A model generated the notes under the pieces. The model saw nothing but the letters and a program-made list of their open reading frames with translations. It did not search any database and was not told the origin of the DNA. A DNA stretch of 64,000 nt from Planctomycetota bacterium (GTDB lineage Bacteria > Planctomycetota > GCA-002687715 > CAIWVZ01), in NCBI GenBank assembly GCA_044222185.1, contig JBGANV010000009.1:64001-128000 (forward strand). The letters are read 5' to 3'. A program made the translations under genes and the position numbers. Positions 17,432 through 27,351 of the stretch are shown here, piece after piece; positions within the stretch are counted from its first letter, which is position 1; the number at the start of each line of letters is the position of its first letter.

Positions 17432-18646
17432 ATGTCGAGTTTCAAGTTCACGGGCAAGGACGCGTCCGGCAAGACGGTGACTGGGCTGATCGACGCGCCG
17501 TCGCAGCAAGAGGCCATCATGGCCGTCCGCAAGCGGGCGCTCATCCCGCTCGAGGTGAAGGCCGCCGGTGGCGCGGCCGACAGGCCGGTCAAGGCGGCGC
17601 GCGCATCGTGCAAGAAGGGCGAAGTGGAGATCTTCACGCGCCAGCTCGCGACGATGATCGGCGCCGGCATCCCGCTGCTCGAATGCCTCGAGATCCTGGA
17701 GGAGCAGGCCGAGAGCCGCGGATTCCGCTCCGCCCTCCACGGCGTCGTCGACGAGATCCGGGGTGGGTCGGACTTCTCCGCGGCGTTGAGCAAGATGCCC
17801 AAGGTCTTCACGCCGATCTACTGCTCCATGGTCCGCGCCGGTGAAGCGTCGGGTCAGTTGAACGAGATCCTGCTCCGCCTCGCGGAGTACATGGAGGGTA
17901 GCGCCAAGCTCAAGCGCGAGATCAAGGCGGCCATGACCTATCCGGTCATCTCGCTGGTTCTCGTGTTCGGCATCACTGCGTTCCTCATGATCGTGATCGT
18001 GCCGAAGTTCAAGGAGATCTTCGACGGCCTGGGTGTTCCGCTCCCGGCGCTCACGAAGAACGTCATGGCGGTGTCCTTGTTCTTGAAGGACAACATCGCG
18101 CTCGTGGCGGGGGGGATGACGGGTCTCGTGTTCGCGATCATCGGGTTCAAGAAGTCGAAGCCCGGACGCCGCTTCTTCGACAAGCTGGTCCTCCGCATGC
18201 CCGTCTTCGGCGACTTGTTCCGCAAGGTCGCACTCAGCCGCTTCAGCCGCACGTTCTCCACGTTGATCAAGAGCGGCGTCCCGATCGTCGGTGCGCTCGA
18301 GATCGTCGGCGAGACGTCCGGCAACACGGTCATCGAGAACGCCGTCGCGCGCGCGTCCGAGAGCGTCAAGGGCGGCGACACGCTCTCCGGACCGCTCGAG
18401 AGCGAGCCCGTCTTCCCGCCCATGGTGGTGCGCATGATCTCGATCGGAGAACGCTCGGGCGCGCTCGAGCAGCTGCTCGCGAAGATCAGTGAGTTCTACG
18501 ACCAGCAGGTCGAGGCCGCGGTCAAGAGCCTCACCTCGATGATCGAGCCACTCCTCATCGGAATCATGGGTTTCGTCGTCGGTGGCATCGTCCTCGCGGT
18601 GTTCCTCCCGATCATGAAGCTGCAGGAGGCGCTCACGCCGAAGTGA
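17432..18646 (+). CDS. pilC: type IV pilus platform protein PilC (GspF family)
   Basis: FTRQLATMIGAGIP, AGEASG, AMTYP, IGERSG, SMIEP. Confidence 0.95.
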   Translation: MSSFKFTGKDASGKTVTGLIDAPSQQEAIMAVRKRALIPLEVKAAGGAADRPVKAARASCKKGEVEIFTRQLATMIGAGIPLLECLEILEEQAESRGFRSALHGVVDEIRGGSDFSAALSKMPKVFTPIYCSMVRAGEASGQLNEILLRLAEYMEGSAKLKREIKAAMTYPVISLVLVFGITAFLMIVIVPKFKEIFDGLGVPLPALTKNVMAVSLFLKDNIALVAGGMTGLVFAIIGFKKSKPGRRFFDKLVLRMPVFGDLFRKVALSRFSRTFSTLIKSGVPIVGALEIVGETSGNTVIENAVARASESVKGGDTLSGPLESEPVFPPMVVRMISIGERSGALEQLLAKISEFYDQQVEAAVKSLTSMIEPLLIGIMGFVVGGIVLAVFLPIMKLQEALTPK

Positions 18647-18687
18647 CGCTGGTTCGAAGGCGGCGGCCTTTCGCCGGAGGAGGAGAG

Positions 18688-19326
18688 ATGGATTCGCAGC
18701 AATCGAACGATTGCCCCGCCGTCGCGCCGCGCGCGACGGTGCGCACGTCGTGGGCGCGCGTGATGATCTGTTCCGTCGTCGGCGGTGCGGCACTCGTCGT
18801 CGCGACGCTCGTGGCCGTTCCGAAACCGTCACCGACGGCGGATGACGCGGTCGATCAGGTCATCCAGCTGTACGCGCAGGGGAACCGCGACGCGGCGATC
18901 GCCGCCTGCGACGCGGCGTGCGGTCAGTTCCCCGCTGCCTATCGTCCATGGCTCGCCCGCGGCATGCTCGCGGACGACCGCAACGACCTCGACGGCGCCG
19001 AGAAGGCGTACGTCCGAGCGCGTGAGGTCATGGGCGCACACACGTACGGCGTCGAGGACATCGAGATCACCCTGGCCGACATCAAACGCCGCCGCGGCGA
19101 CGCGCCAGGCTGCCTCGCAGAGCTCGACGCCATCCAGTCACGCGGGGCAACTTCAGGCCGCCTGAATCAAGCTCGTGCGCTGGCTTTCGTCGACCTCAAA
19201 CGCTTCGATGACGCCTTGAGAGAAGCGCAATCGCTTGCCGAAAAGAGGGGCGGTGGCGGCGTAGCACGTCAACTCGACAAGCAGATCCGGCAGGCCATGA
19301 AGTCGCAGACCGCAAAGGGTGGCTGA
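18688..19326 (+). CDS. membrane-anchored TPR-repeat protein
   Basis: N-terminal TM helix, Ala/Leu helical repeats (WLARGML...GAEKAYVRA); strong SD GGAGGAGG. Confidence 0.7.
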   Translation: MDSQQSNDCPAVAPRATVRTSWARVMICSVVGGAALVVATLVAVPKPSPTADDAVDQVIQLYAQGNRDAAIAACDAACGQFPAAYRPWLARGMLADDRNDLDGAEKAYVRAREVMGAHTYGVEDIEITLADIKRRRGDAPGCLAELDAIQSRGATSGRLNQARALAFVDLKRFDDALREAQSLAEKRGGGGVARQLDKQIRQAMKSQTAKGG

Positions 19327-19428
19327 CGCACACCCGCGGGCGCGACTGCGCGGTGGCCGCGATGGCTTCGCGAGCGCTAGACGCCTCGTGTGTTTTTCCA
19401 TCGAAGCTTGCTTCAGGAGACAGTTCTC

Positions 19429-20121
19429 ATGGTCAAGAAGAACCAAGGCTTCACGCTCATCGAGTTGATGATCGTGATCGCCATCATTGCGATCATCGCG
19501 GCAATCGCGATCCCGAATCTGCTCTCGGCGCGCGTCAGCGCCAACGAGTCGAACGCGATCTCGACGCTCCGCAACCTCGTTTCCGCCCAGGCGCAGTTCC
19601 AGTCCAGCGGTGCGATGGACGAGGACGGCGACGGCACGGGCGAGTACGGCTCGTTCGGCGAGCTCTCGGGCGCCGTCAACCTCCAGCGCAACAGCGTTGG
19701 TGTTGCCGCCCGGCTCAACCCGCCGATCTTGCCGGCGACGTTCCAGGTCATCGACGGCAACGGCCGCGCCCAGAAGTCGGGATACCTCTTCCTCATGTAC
19801 CTGCCGGACAACGCCGGCGCGGGCGTGCCGGAAGTCGTCACGACGGGTGGTGCGGGCGCGACCGTCGACCCGAACACGTGCGAGGCCGTGTGGTGCTGCT
19901 ACGCGTGGCCGGTCACGCCGGGCACCACGGGGAACCGTGCGTTCTTCGTGAACCAGCGCGGCGAGATCCTCCAGACCAAGATGGACGCGCTCCCCTACGA
20001 CACCACCACGAACCCGGGTCCGGCAGCTGACGCGGCGTTCACGACCGCCGGCAGCATCACGGTCGCTCCGGCCCTCAACGCCGTCGGCCAGGATGGCAAC
20101 ACCTGGACGCCGCTCGGCTGA
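19429..20121 (+). CDS. type IV pilin (probable major pilin)
   Basis: MVKKNQG/FTLIELMIVIAIIAIIAAIAIP class III signal; SD AGGAG; own terminator. Confidence 0.93.
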   Translation: MVKKNQGFTLIELMIVIAIIAIIAAIAIPNLLSARVSANESNAISTLRNLVSAQAQFQSSGAMDEDGDGTGEYGSFGELSGAVNLQRNSVGVAARLNPPILPATFQVIDGNGRAQKSGYLFLMYLPDNAGAGVPEVVTTGGAGATVDPNTCEAVWCCYAWPVTPGTTGNRAFFVNQRGEILQTKMDALPYDTTTNPGPAADAAFTTAGSITVAPALNAVGQDGNTWTPLG

Positions 20122-20154
20122 TCGACGCTCGATCATTCGAAGCATCGACCGATA

Positions 20155-20201
20155 CCGATCGCTCGCTCCCAAACTCGGGGGCCGAGCGATCGGGTCGTTT
20201 T
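20155..20201 (+). terminator. Rho-independent terminator after pilin
   Basis: CCGATCGCTCG / CGAGCGATCGG stem followed by GTCGTTTT. Confidence 0.65.
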
Positions 20202-20616
20202 CGGGCCGGTGTGCGCGCCTCGGCACGCGGTCGGACCGGGGGATTGGAATCGGGGGCGAAGGTCATTACCCTGGCCCGCCCTCGGCCATCGCGCGCGACG
20301 GCGCCCCCGGTCGATCCCGGGCGCGCTGGACTGACGGACGCGACGACAGAGGGAAAAAACACCGGCCGGCCGTCACATCCGCGCCACCCCTGGCGCTGAA
20401 GAAACCGTCGGCGCACGCGAAGCGTGACGTGCAAACCCCCGTTTGCACGGAAGCGTGCAATCGAAACTTCCAGGAAGTTCCGGTGTTGGCGTGATCAGAG
20501 GCGTCGAAATGGCTTCCTCCCCCGGGGAGCCACGGACCGAAGCGATGATTCTCCAGGATGTAATGAAGGCGCGGCGCGCAGGTCGCCGATCCATGCGGCC
20601 CGAGAGCAGCGGCGCA

Positions 20617-20632
20617 GGGAACGCGACTTGCA
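20617..20632 (+). promoter_or_regulatory. putative sigma54 -24/-12 promoter
   Basis: GGGAACG-CGAC-TTGCA, GG-N10-GC spacing, ~90 nt before ATG 20722. Confidence 0.45.
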
Positions 20633-20721
20633 TAGGCGCGCGTGCTCGCTGGTTCCGTAATGTGGCGGCCGATCGCCACACGGGTGTGGAGCCGGGGGAT
20701 GCCGGCCGTAGGAGCGTCACC

Positions 20722-22461
20722 ATGCAGGTTTTGTCATCAGCCAGAGTCCTCGGGGTCGTGGCAGCCGCCTGGCTCGTCGCCCTCGCCAATGGACAGGCCG
20801 TGACCTATCGGTGCAGCGAGGGGGCGGCAGGCGGAGCGGCCCTCGCCGACAGCGCGAGCCCTGCAATCTCGGGGGACGGCCGTTTCGTCGCTTTTTCGAG
20901 CCTCGCACCCAATCTGGTCGTCGGCGACTCCAACGGTGATCGCGACGTTTTCGTCTTCGATCGCGCAACCGGCGTCATGGAGTGCGTGACCATGGGATTG
21001 GGCGGTTCGGGCGCCAACGGCGCCAGTGACCTCCCGTCGATCAGCCAGGATGGGCGTTTCGTCTGCTTCGTGAGTCTCGCGACGAACCTCGTTCCTGGTG
21101 ACAACAACTACTCGCAGGACGTATTCGTGCACGACCGTCTGACCGGCGCGACCCAGCGCGTCAGCGTCGGGGTCGGGGGATCGGATCCGGACCGGGATTC
21201 GGACCGCGGTGCGATCTCCGCCGACGGAAGATGGGTTGCATTCGGCAGCCAGGCAACCAACCTGGTTCCGAACGACACCAACGGATTCTCCGACGTCTTC
21301 GTGTTCGACCGCGCGACGAGCCAGACCGAACGGGTGAGCGTCGGCGCCGGCGGCAGTCAGGGGGACGGACCGAGCTCGTCGGCGTCGATCTCGGCCGACG
21401 GGATCCGCATCGCCTTTGCGAGCGACGCCCGGAACTTCTCCGGCAAGACCGTGATTTCCACGGACGTGTACGTTCGTGACCGTCAGACCCTGACGACGGT
21501 TCTCATCAGCCACGACGCACTTGGCCAGGCGCGCGGGGGCATCACCCCCGTGATCTCGGCGGATGGTTCGACCGTCGCATTCGATGCGCCGGACGCATTG
21601 CTCACGGCAGATACGAACTCCGGCCACGACATCTACGCTTGGAACTTCGTCACCGCCCAGATGCGAATCGTCAGCGTCTCCTCGCTGGGCGATATCGCGA
21701 CCGGGTTCTCGGTCCCTGGCAGCTTTGGGGTCCCCGTAGCCGTCGAGGCCGATTCCTATGGGCCATCGATCTCGGCTGACGGCCGTTTCGTTTCCTTCGG
21801 GAGCCTCGCCAGCAACCTGGTCAACTACGACACGAACGACGGCCCGGACGCCTTCGTTCACGACATGCTGACGAACCAGACACAGCGCGTTTCCGTCGAC
21901 GCCGCGGGGATCCAGTCCGACGCGTCCTGCGCGTGGAACGAGATCCTCAGTACGCTCGAACGGCCGGTGACCAACGTCGCGATCTCCGCAGACGGCGGGC
22001 ACGTGACCTACGACTCGCCGGCGTCGAACCTGGTGCCGGGTGACACGAACAGCGTTGCGGACGTCTTCGCCATCGACCTCTGGCCGCACCTCACCGCCGT
22101 GACGTCGGCGCAGGTCGGGCACGTCGTTCAACTCGATCTCACGGCGCCGCCCTCCGCGGGCAAGGAATACATCGTCGGCCTCTCCGGCACGACGGGCGCG
22201 GGTACGCCGATCGACCGGCGCCGCCTCCCTGTGGTCGTCGACGGACTGCTCATGCTCTCGCTCATGGCACCGGCGCCATACTTCGTGGGCTTCTCGGGCT
22301 CGCTCGATGCCTTCGGCTCGGCCGAGGCCTACATCTCGATCCCGAACGACCCGAATCTCGCGGGCCTGATGTTCTACGCGTCGTTCATCACGATCGACCC
22401 GGCGGCACCGTCGGGTGTCGATGGCATCGCGAACGCCGTGGTACTCCAGGTCGTGAGCTGA
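20722..22461 (+). CDS. secreted TolB/PD40-like beta-propeller protein with shared C-terminal domain
   Basis: signal peptide; repeats ISADGRFVAFxSxAxNLVPGDTN..DVFVxD; SD AGGAG. Confidence 0.85.
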   Translation: MQVLSSARVLGVVAAAWLVALANGQAVTYRCSEGAAGGAALADSASPAISGDGRFVAFSSLAPNLVVGDSNGDRDVFVFDRATGVMECVTMGLGGSGANGASDLPSISQDGRFVCFVSLATNLVPGDNNYSQDVFVHDRLTGATQRVSVGVGGSDPDRDSDRGAISADGRWVAFGSQATNLVPNDTNGFSDVFVFDRATSQTERVSVGAGGSQGDGPSSSASISADGIRIAFASDARNFSGKTVISTDVYVRDRQTLTTVLISHDALGQARGGITPVISADGSTVAFDAPDALLTADTNSGHDIYAWNFVTAQMRIVSVSSLGDIATGFSVPGSFGVPVAVEADSYGPSISADGRFVSFGSLASNLVNYDTNDGPDAFVHDMLTNQTQRVSVDAAGIQSDASCAWNEILSTLERPVTNVAISADGGHVTYDSPASNLVPGDTNSVADVFAIDLWPHLTAVTSAQVGHVVQLDLTAPPSAGKEYIVGLSGTTGAGTPIDRRRLPVVVDGLLMLSLMAPAPYFVGFSGSLDAFGSAEAYISIPNDPNLAGLMFYASFITIDPAAPSGVDGIANAVVLQVVS

Positions 22462-22498
22462 CCGGCGGGCTCCGATCGCAGACGGGCGCGCGGTCGGG

Positions 22499-23272
22499 TC
22501 AGCCGAGTATCGGGAGGGCGAACAGCCGCTTCGCGTTCTCGGACGTCAAGCGCCCCGCAGCCTCCGCGCTCATTCCCAGCGTCTCGCCGACGACCTCCAG
22601 GAGGGCCTGGAGAAACGCGGGCTCGTTGCGCTTTCCGCGCTGTCCCTCGGGCGGGAGGAACGGGCAGTCCGTCTCCACGAGGATGCGGTCCCTCGGCGTC
22701 ATGGCGAGAACGGACCGCAGCTCGGCGTTCTTCTTGTAGGTGAGGGGACCTGCGAAGGAGACGAAGAGGCCCAGGTCCAGGGCGCGCTCGGCATCTCCAG
22801 GTCCGCCGCTGAAACAGTGCATGACGCCCGGGGATCCACCGCACTCGGCGAGCGTCTGGTAGACGTCGGCGAAGGCCTCACGGCAGTGGATGATCACGGG
22901 CTTTGCATGCCGGCGCGCCAGGGCGATCTGCCTCGCGAAGGCAGCCCTCTGGGTGTCCTTCGGGGCCCAATCCCTGTAGTAATCGAGGCCCGTTTCGCCG
23001 ACGGCGACGCAGCGCGGCTCGGCCGCGAGGGCTTCGATGACGGCCCAGTCCGCCTCGGACACCTTCGCCGAGTCGTTCGGATGGATGCCGGCCGTCGGGA
23101 ACACGTCCCGGTGCTCGGACGAGAGGTCGAAACAGGCCTTCGACGATATGGCATCCGTCCCGACCGTCACGAACGCGACGACTCCCGCGGCCCGCGCCCG
23201 CTCGAAAACTTGTGCACGGTCTGGGTCGAATCGGTCGAAGTAAAGGTGTGCGTGCGAGTCGACAATCACCAT
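22499..23272 (-). CDS. tatD: TatD family metal-dependent hydrolase
   Basis: VDSHAHL, GIHP, VGETGLDYY, IIHCRE, MHCFSG, ETDCPFL, RNEP. Confidence 0.93.
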   Translation of the reverse strand: MVIVDSHAHLYFDRFDPDRAQVFERARAAGVVAFVTVGTDAISSKACFDLSSEHRDVFPTAGIHPNDSAKVSEADWAVIEALAAEPRCVAVGETGLDYYRDWAPKDTQRAAFARQIALARRHAKPVIIHCREAFADVYQTLAECGGSPGVMHCFSGGPGDAERALDLGLFVSFAGPLTYKKNAELRSVLAMTPRDRILVETDCPFLPPEGQRGKRNEPAFLQALLEVVGETLGMSAEAAGRLTSENAKRLFALPILG

Positions 23273-23378
23273 CGCGCGACGATGGCAGGGCTGTCGACCT
23301 CGCGCAACCGTCCGCGCGGGCTCGAGGGAAACCCGCCGCGGGGCGCATGCTAATACCTGACCTCGCCGGGGGAACGTG

Positions 23379-24944
23379 ATGGATCGCACGAGCATGACCA
23401 TGGCTGCGTCCATGGTGCTGATTCTGTTGGGACTGAGCGGGTGGGTGGCTTCCGCACCCAGCCAGTACGGTCCAACCCGCGGGCGAATCGTCGAGGCGCC
23501 TCCATCGGATGCGTCCGCGCCGGCCGCGCCGGCCGCGCCGGCGGTAGCACCTCCGTCGGCTTCGCGTCCCGGTCGAAGCTGGCGAATCAACGAAGTCCTC
23601 GCGCGGCAGCACCAGCCGAGGGTCGGCCCCGAGGTCCCCGCCTCCGTCCTCGCGGACGCGGGCCGTGGAGGGAGCGGATCCGTCGGTGGAACCAGCGTGC
23701 GCGACGCGAAATCCGCCATCCCGGACGCCTCACCCGACGTTCGCGCGCGCGTGGTTGGCCTCCGCGGCCAGGCGCTCGGGCTCGTCGCGAGGGTCGCCGG
23801 GCTCCTCCTTGGGATCGACACAGCCCTGTCGCCCTCGGCGGAACTTCGCCGGCTCCTCCGCGACCCCAAGGTGTCGGAAGTCGTCCGCAACCGCCTCGCA
23901 TCCATGCCTCGCCGCCAGGACGCCGAGTCGGTTCTCGAGCGGGCGCGCCGCGCGACGAGCGCCGACGCAGCGGAACTGGCCGACGCACTCGACCTCGTGA
24001 CGCCCGAGCAGCGGGCGACGGTCGCCGGCGTGATCGCGCGACTGGGCCACGCGGACGGTGAGCCGACCCTCCGTCGTCTGGCTCACAACCTGGACCCCGC
24101 CGTTCGGTGTGCCGTCATCGACGCCATCGGTCGCGAGCGGCTCGTTCACGCATCGGACGTCGTCACCGCAGGCGCATCCGACCCGGTCGAGTCCGTCGTG
24201 ATCGCCGCCGCGGACGCGCTTTCGGCAATGAAGCTTCCCCTCGACCCGGACGTCGGGATCGGTCTGTTGGCCGACCTGCGCGAGCCGTTCTCGCAGGACG
24301 TGCTCGACGCCATGGGACGCAGCCCCGATCAGGCCAAGGTGGTCGCGGCGTTGCTCGACGCCTTCGAGAAACAGGCGATCCGCGACACGTGGTCGGCTGC
24401 AGGCCTCCTGCTGGAGGCCGGTGCATCCGGCGGCGGCGCGTTCCAGGAGTCGCTGCTGCGCAACCCATGTCCGGCAGTGCGAGCCCGCGCATTGATCGCG
24501 CTCGTCAGGAACCGGTCGGCGCCGCTGGGCATGAACGAACTCGAGCGACTCGCCACCGATAAGGACCCCGTCGTTCGCATGGCCGCGGCTCGTGGCTTCG
24601 GAATCCACCCGGACGAACTCTCGCGGGCCGAACTCGTCATGCTGACCCGCGATCCGTCGTTCCTCGTGCGCGACGAGGCGGTGATCGCACTCGGGCTGAA
24701 GGAGCCATTCCACGTCGTTCCGATCCTCCGCCGCGCGCTCGCGGACCCGGACCCATGCGTGCGGAACGCGGCCCGGATCTCGCTCGTCCGCCAGAAGGTC
24801 CGCGTGATGGCGCCGGATCTCGTGGACGACATGGACGACCCCTGGATGTCGGCCCGCACGCGATCCGTGATAGCCTCCATCCTTCCCGAGGTTTCCCAGG
24901 ATCGAGTGGCCCTGAAGGCCGCCCTCGTGGAGGCGACTCACTGA
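23379..24944 (+). CDS. exported HEAT-repeat protein
   Basis: signal-peptide-like N-terminus; repeated DP.VR..A..AL motifs (DPAVRCAVIDAIG, DPVVRMAAARG, DPCVRNAARISL). Confidence 0.7.
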   Translation: MDRTSMTMAASMVLILLGLSGWVASAPSQYGPTRGRIVEAPPSDASAPAAPAAPAVAPPSASRPGRSWRINEVLARQHQPRVGPEVPASVLADAGRGGSGSVGGTSVRDAKSAIPDASPDVRARVVGLRGQALGLVARVAGLLLGIDTALSPSAELRRLLRDPKVSEVVRNRLASMPRRQDAESVLERARRATSADAAELADALDLVTPEQRATVAGVIARLGHADGEPTLRRLAHNLDPAVRCAVIDAIGRERLVHASDVVTAGASDPVESVVIAAADALSAMKLPLDPDVGIGLLADLREPFSQDVLDAMGRSPDQAKVVAALLDAFEKQAIRDTWSAAGLLLEAGASGGGAFQESLLRNPCPAVRARALIALVRNRSAPLGMNELERLATDKDPVVRMAAARGFGIHPDELSRAELVMLTRDPSFLVRDEAVIALGLKEPFHVVPILRRALADPDPCVRNAARISLVRQKVRVMAPDLVDDMDDPWMSARTRSVIASILPEVSQDRVALKAALVEATH

Positions 24945-24953
24945 CGGAGGTTC

Positions 24954-26183
24954 ATGCACCTCGCACGATTCGCGGACGATCTGGCGCGGTGCACGGCCTG
25001 TGGCGCTTGCCGCTCCGGCTGCCCCACGTTCGACGTCTCGCTCGAAGAGGGGATGTCCGGTCGGGGCCGCGTCCAACTCGCGAAGCGCCTTCACGACGGT
25101 ACGCTCGCACCGAGTGCACGGATGGCGGAGCTGTTCGACACGTGCACGCGGTGCAACTACTGCACCTCGATCTGCCCCGTAGGCCTCCCGGCCCTCGCGA
25201 TGATCGATGCGGCGCGCGCCGATCTGCGTGAGGCGCGGAGCGCGGGCTTCCGGGAGCGGCTCTTGTTTCGTGGGCTCCTTCCGCGGCGTTGGGCGTTGGA
25301 CGGGATCGTGCGCCTTGCGGCGATGCTGCAACGGGTCCTGGGGCGATCCGCGCGCGCGAAGATCGAGCCGCTGCCCCTCATCGGCAGCACCAAGCGGTTG
25401 CCGCGCCTTCCGTGGGTGAGCGCGCTCCGCCGTCTCGCTGGGACTCGGCCCGCAAATCCCCAGGGAGTGACCGTCTCGCTCTTCGTCGGGTGTCGGACGA
25501 ACTACTTCTATCCCGAGGTCGCCGCCGACGTCGTGTTCCTCCTCGAACGCGCTGGCGCGCGCGTGTCGGTGCCCGGGAAACAGGTGTGTTCAGGAACCGT
25601 GGCGCGGGGCTCGGGCGACACCGCCGCGGCAGAACGCCTCGCGGCGACCAACGTTTCCGTATTCGGCGCCGAGGGCGCGTCACGTGTCGCGACCACCTGC
25701 GGGTCATGCCTGACGTCCTTGCGCTCGCACGGGCCTGAGGCGGGTGTTGCGCCAGCGACGCGGAGCGCAGACTGGGCGACGATCCTGCGGGATCTCGGTT
25801 GGCGCGGCCCGTTTTTTGCACCGGCGCTCCCCGGACCCGTCATCGTCCACGAGACGTGTCAGTACCGGTGGCTTCCCGGACAAGCCCTGGCCGTGCACGA
25901 CCTTCTGCGACTCGCCGGCGTGGATGCGACCCGGCTCGTCGGTCCCACCTGTTGTGGCGGTGCGGCGCCGTTCGCCGTGGCGCACGGCGCGTTCTCTCGA
26001 GAGCTCGGGGACGCGGCGATCGCCGCAGTGCGCGCGGCCGGGACTCGGACGCTGGTCACGGGGGATCCGGGATGCCTGCTACAGTTTCGCGACGCGTTGC
26101 AGGCACATGCCGATCTTCGGCACGTCGAAGTGATCCACTCGGCGACCGCGCTCCGGCGACTCGTCACCGCCGCCCATGGGTGA
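24954..26183 (+). CDS. GlcF-like Fe-S oxidoreductase subunit (2x4Fe-4S plus CCG domains)
   Basis: CTACGACRSGC, CTRCNYCTSIC, FVGC, VCSG, TCGSC, TCCGG, DPGC; SD GGAGG. Confidence 0.85.
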   Translation: MHLARFADDLARCTACGACRSGCPTFDVSLEEGMSGRGRVQLAKRLHDGTLAPSARMAELFDTCTRCNYCTSICPVGLPALAMIDAARADLREARSAGFRERLLFRGLLPRRWALDGIVRLAAMLQRVLGRSARAKIEPLPLIGSTKRLPRLPWVSALRRLAGTRPANPQGVTVSLFVGCRTNYFYPEVAADVVFLLERAGARVSVPGKQVCSGTVARGSGDTAAAERLAATNVSVFGAEGASRVATTCGSCLTSLRSHGPEAGVAPATRSADWATILRDLGWRGPFFAPALPGPVIVHETCQYRWLPGQALAVHDLLRLAGVDATRLVGPTCCGGAAPFAVAHGAFSRELGDAAIAAVRAAGTRTLVTGDPGCLLQFRDALQAHADLRHVEVIHSATALRRLVTAAHG

Positions 26184-27351
26184 GCCGATCCTCTTCCTCG
26201 ACAACGCCGCGACTTCGTTCCCCAAGCCCGATTCCGTGATCGAGGCCGTGGTCCACTTCCACCGCCACGTTCCGGCGAGCGCGGGACGAGGAGCCTACCG
26301 GGAGGCCGTCCTCGCCGGGCAGATGCTCGACACCCTCCGCGCGACGCTGTGCGGACTGTTCAATGGAACCAACCCGGAGCGCGTGATCTTCACGCTGAAC
26401 GGTACGGATGCGCTGAACCTGGCGATCAAGGGATCGGTACGGCGTGGCGACCACGTCGTCACGACGTGTCTCGACCACAACTCGGTGCTGCGGCCGCTCG
26501 CCCGGCTCGAGGCCGATGGAATCGTCGACGTCACGCGCGTGCCCGTCTCCGCGGATGGCGTCGTCGCCGTGGAGGCGATCGAAGCGGCGATCAGGCCGAA
26601 CACGCGCCTGATCGTCATGACGCACGCATCCAACGTCTCCGGAACGATCCAGCCCGCGGCGGCCGTGGGCGCGATCGCAAGGGCGCGAGGCGTGCTCTTC
26701 CTGCTCGACGCGGCGCAGACCATGGGTTCGATCCCCGTCGACGTCCAGGCGATGAACGTCGACCTGCTCGCGTTCCCAGGTCACAAGGCGATGATGGGGC
26801 CGCAGGGGACGGGAGTGCTGTGGGTCAGGCCCGGCGTCGAGATCGCGCCCCTGCGCGAGGGCGGCACAGGGAGCCGTTCCGATCTGGCAATCCAGCCGGA
26901 CTTCCTCCCTGACCGGTTCGAGCCCGGCGCGCACAACGGGCCGGGGCTCGCAGGCCTGCTTGCGGCGGCGCGCTTCGTCGCCCAGACGGGCATCCAGCGC
27001 ATCGCGGAGCGAAAGGCGGCGATCACCGAGCGACTCGTCGCGGGGATGCTCGGGATCCGGGGCGCATCCATCCTCGGACGGGCTCCCGCCGCGGAGCGCG
27101 TCCCGATCGTCTCCGTCCGGTTTGCCGATGTGGACCACGCGAAACTCGCAGCCGAGCTCGACCGGCTGTACGACGTGAAGGTCCGTTTCGGGCTGCACTG
27201 CGCGCCGCTCGCCCATCGCGCGTTCGGGACCGCCGCGTGTGGGGGAGCCATCCGGTTCTCACCGGGTTGGTTCACGACCGATGCGGAGATCGACCGTGTG
27301 CTCCGGGCCGTTCACGTCCTCGTGGCCGGGGCGGGTGCCAGTGCCCCGTAA
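26176..27351 (+). CDS. cysteine desulfurase-like class V aminotransferase
   Basis: FLDNAATSFPKP, DAAQ, PLP Lys in FPGHK, group II catalytic RFGLHCAP. Confidence 0.9.
   Translation: MGEPILFLDNAATSFPKPDSVIEAVVHFHRHVPASAGRGAYREAVLAGQMLDTLRATLCGLFNGTNPERVIFTLNGTDALNLAIKGSVRRGDHVVTTCLDHNSVLRPLARLEADGIVDVTRVPVSADGVVAVEAIEAAIRPNTRLIVMTHASNVSGTIQPAAAVGAIARARGVLFLLDAAQTMGSIPVDVQAMNVDLLAFPGHKAMMGPQGTGVLWVRPGVEIAPLREGGTGSRSDLAIQPDFLPDRFEPGAHNGPGLAGLLAAARFVAQTGIQRIAERKAAITERLVAGMLGIRGASILGRAPAAERVPIVSVRFADVDHAKLAAELDRLYDVKVRFGLHCAPLAHRAFGTAACGGAIRFSPGWFTTDAEIDRVLRAVHVLVAGAGASAP

Noticed and set aside
23516-23543. Short GC tandem repeat
   Set aside because: Encodes an APAAPAAP linker; in-frame low complexity.
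24954-27351. Selenocysteine recoding in the Fe-S/desulfurase operon
   Set aside because: No in-frame TGA; the CSG variant uses a TCA codon.
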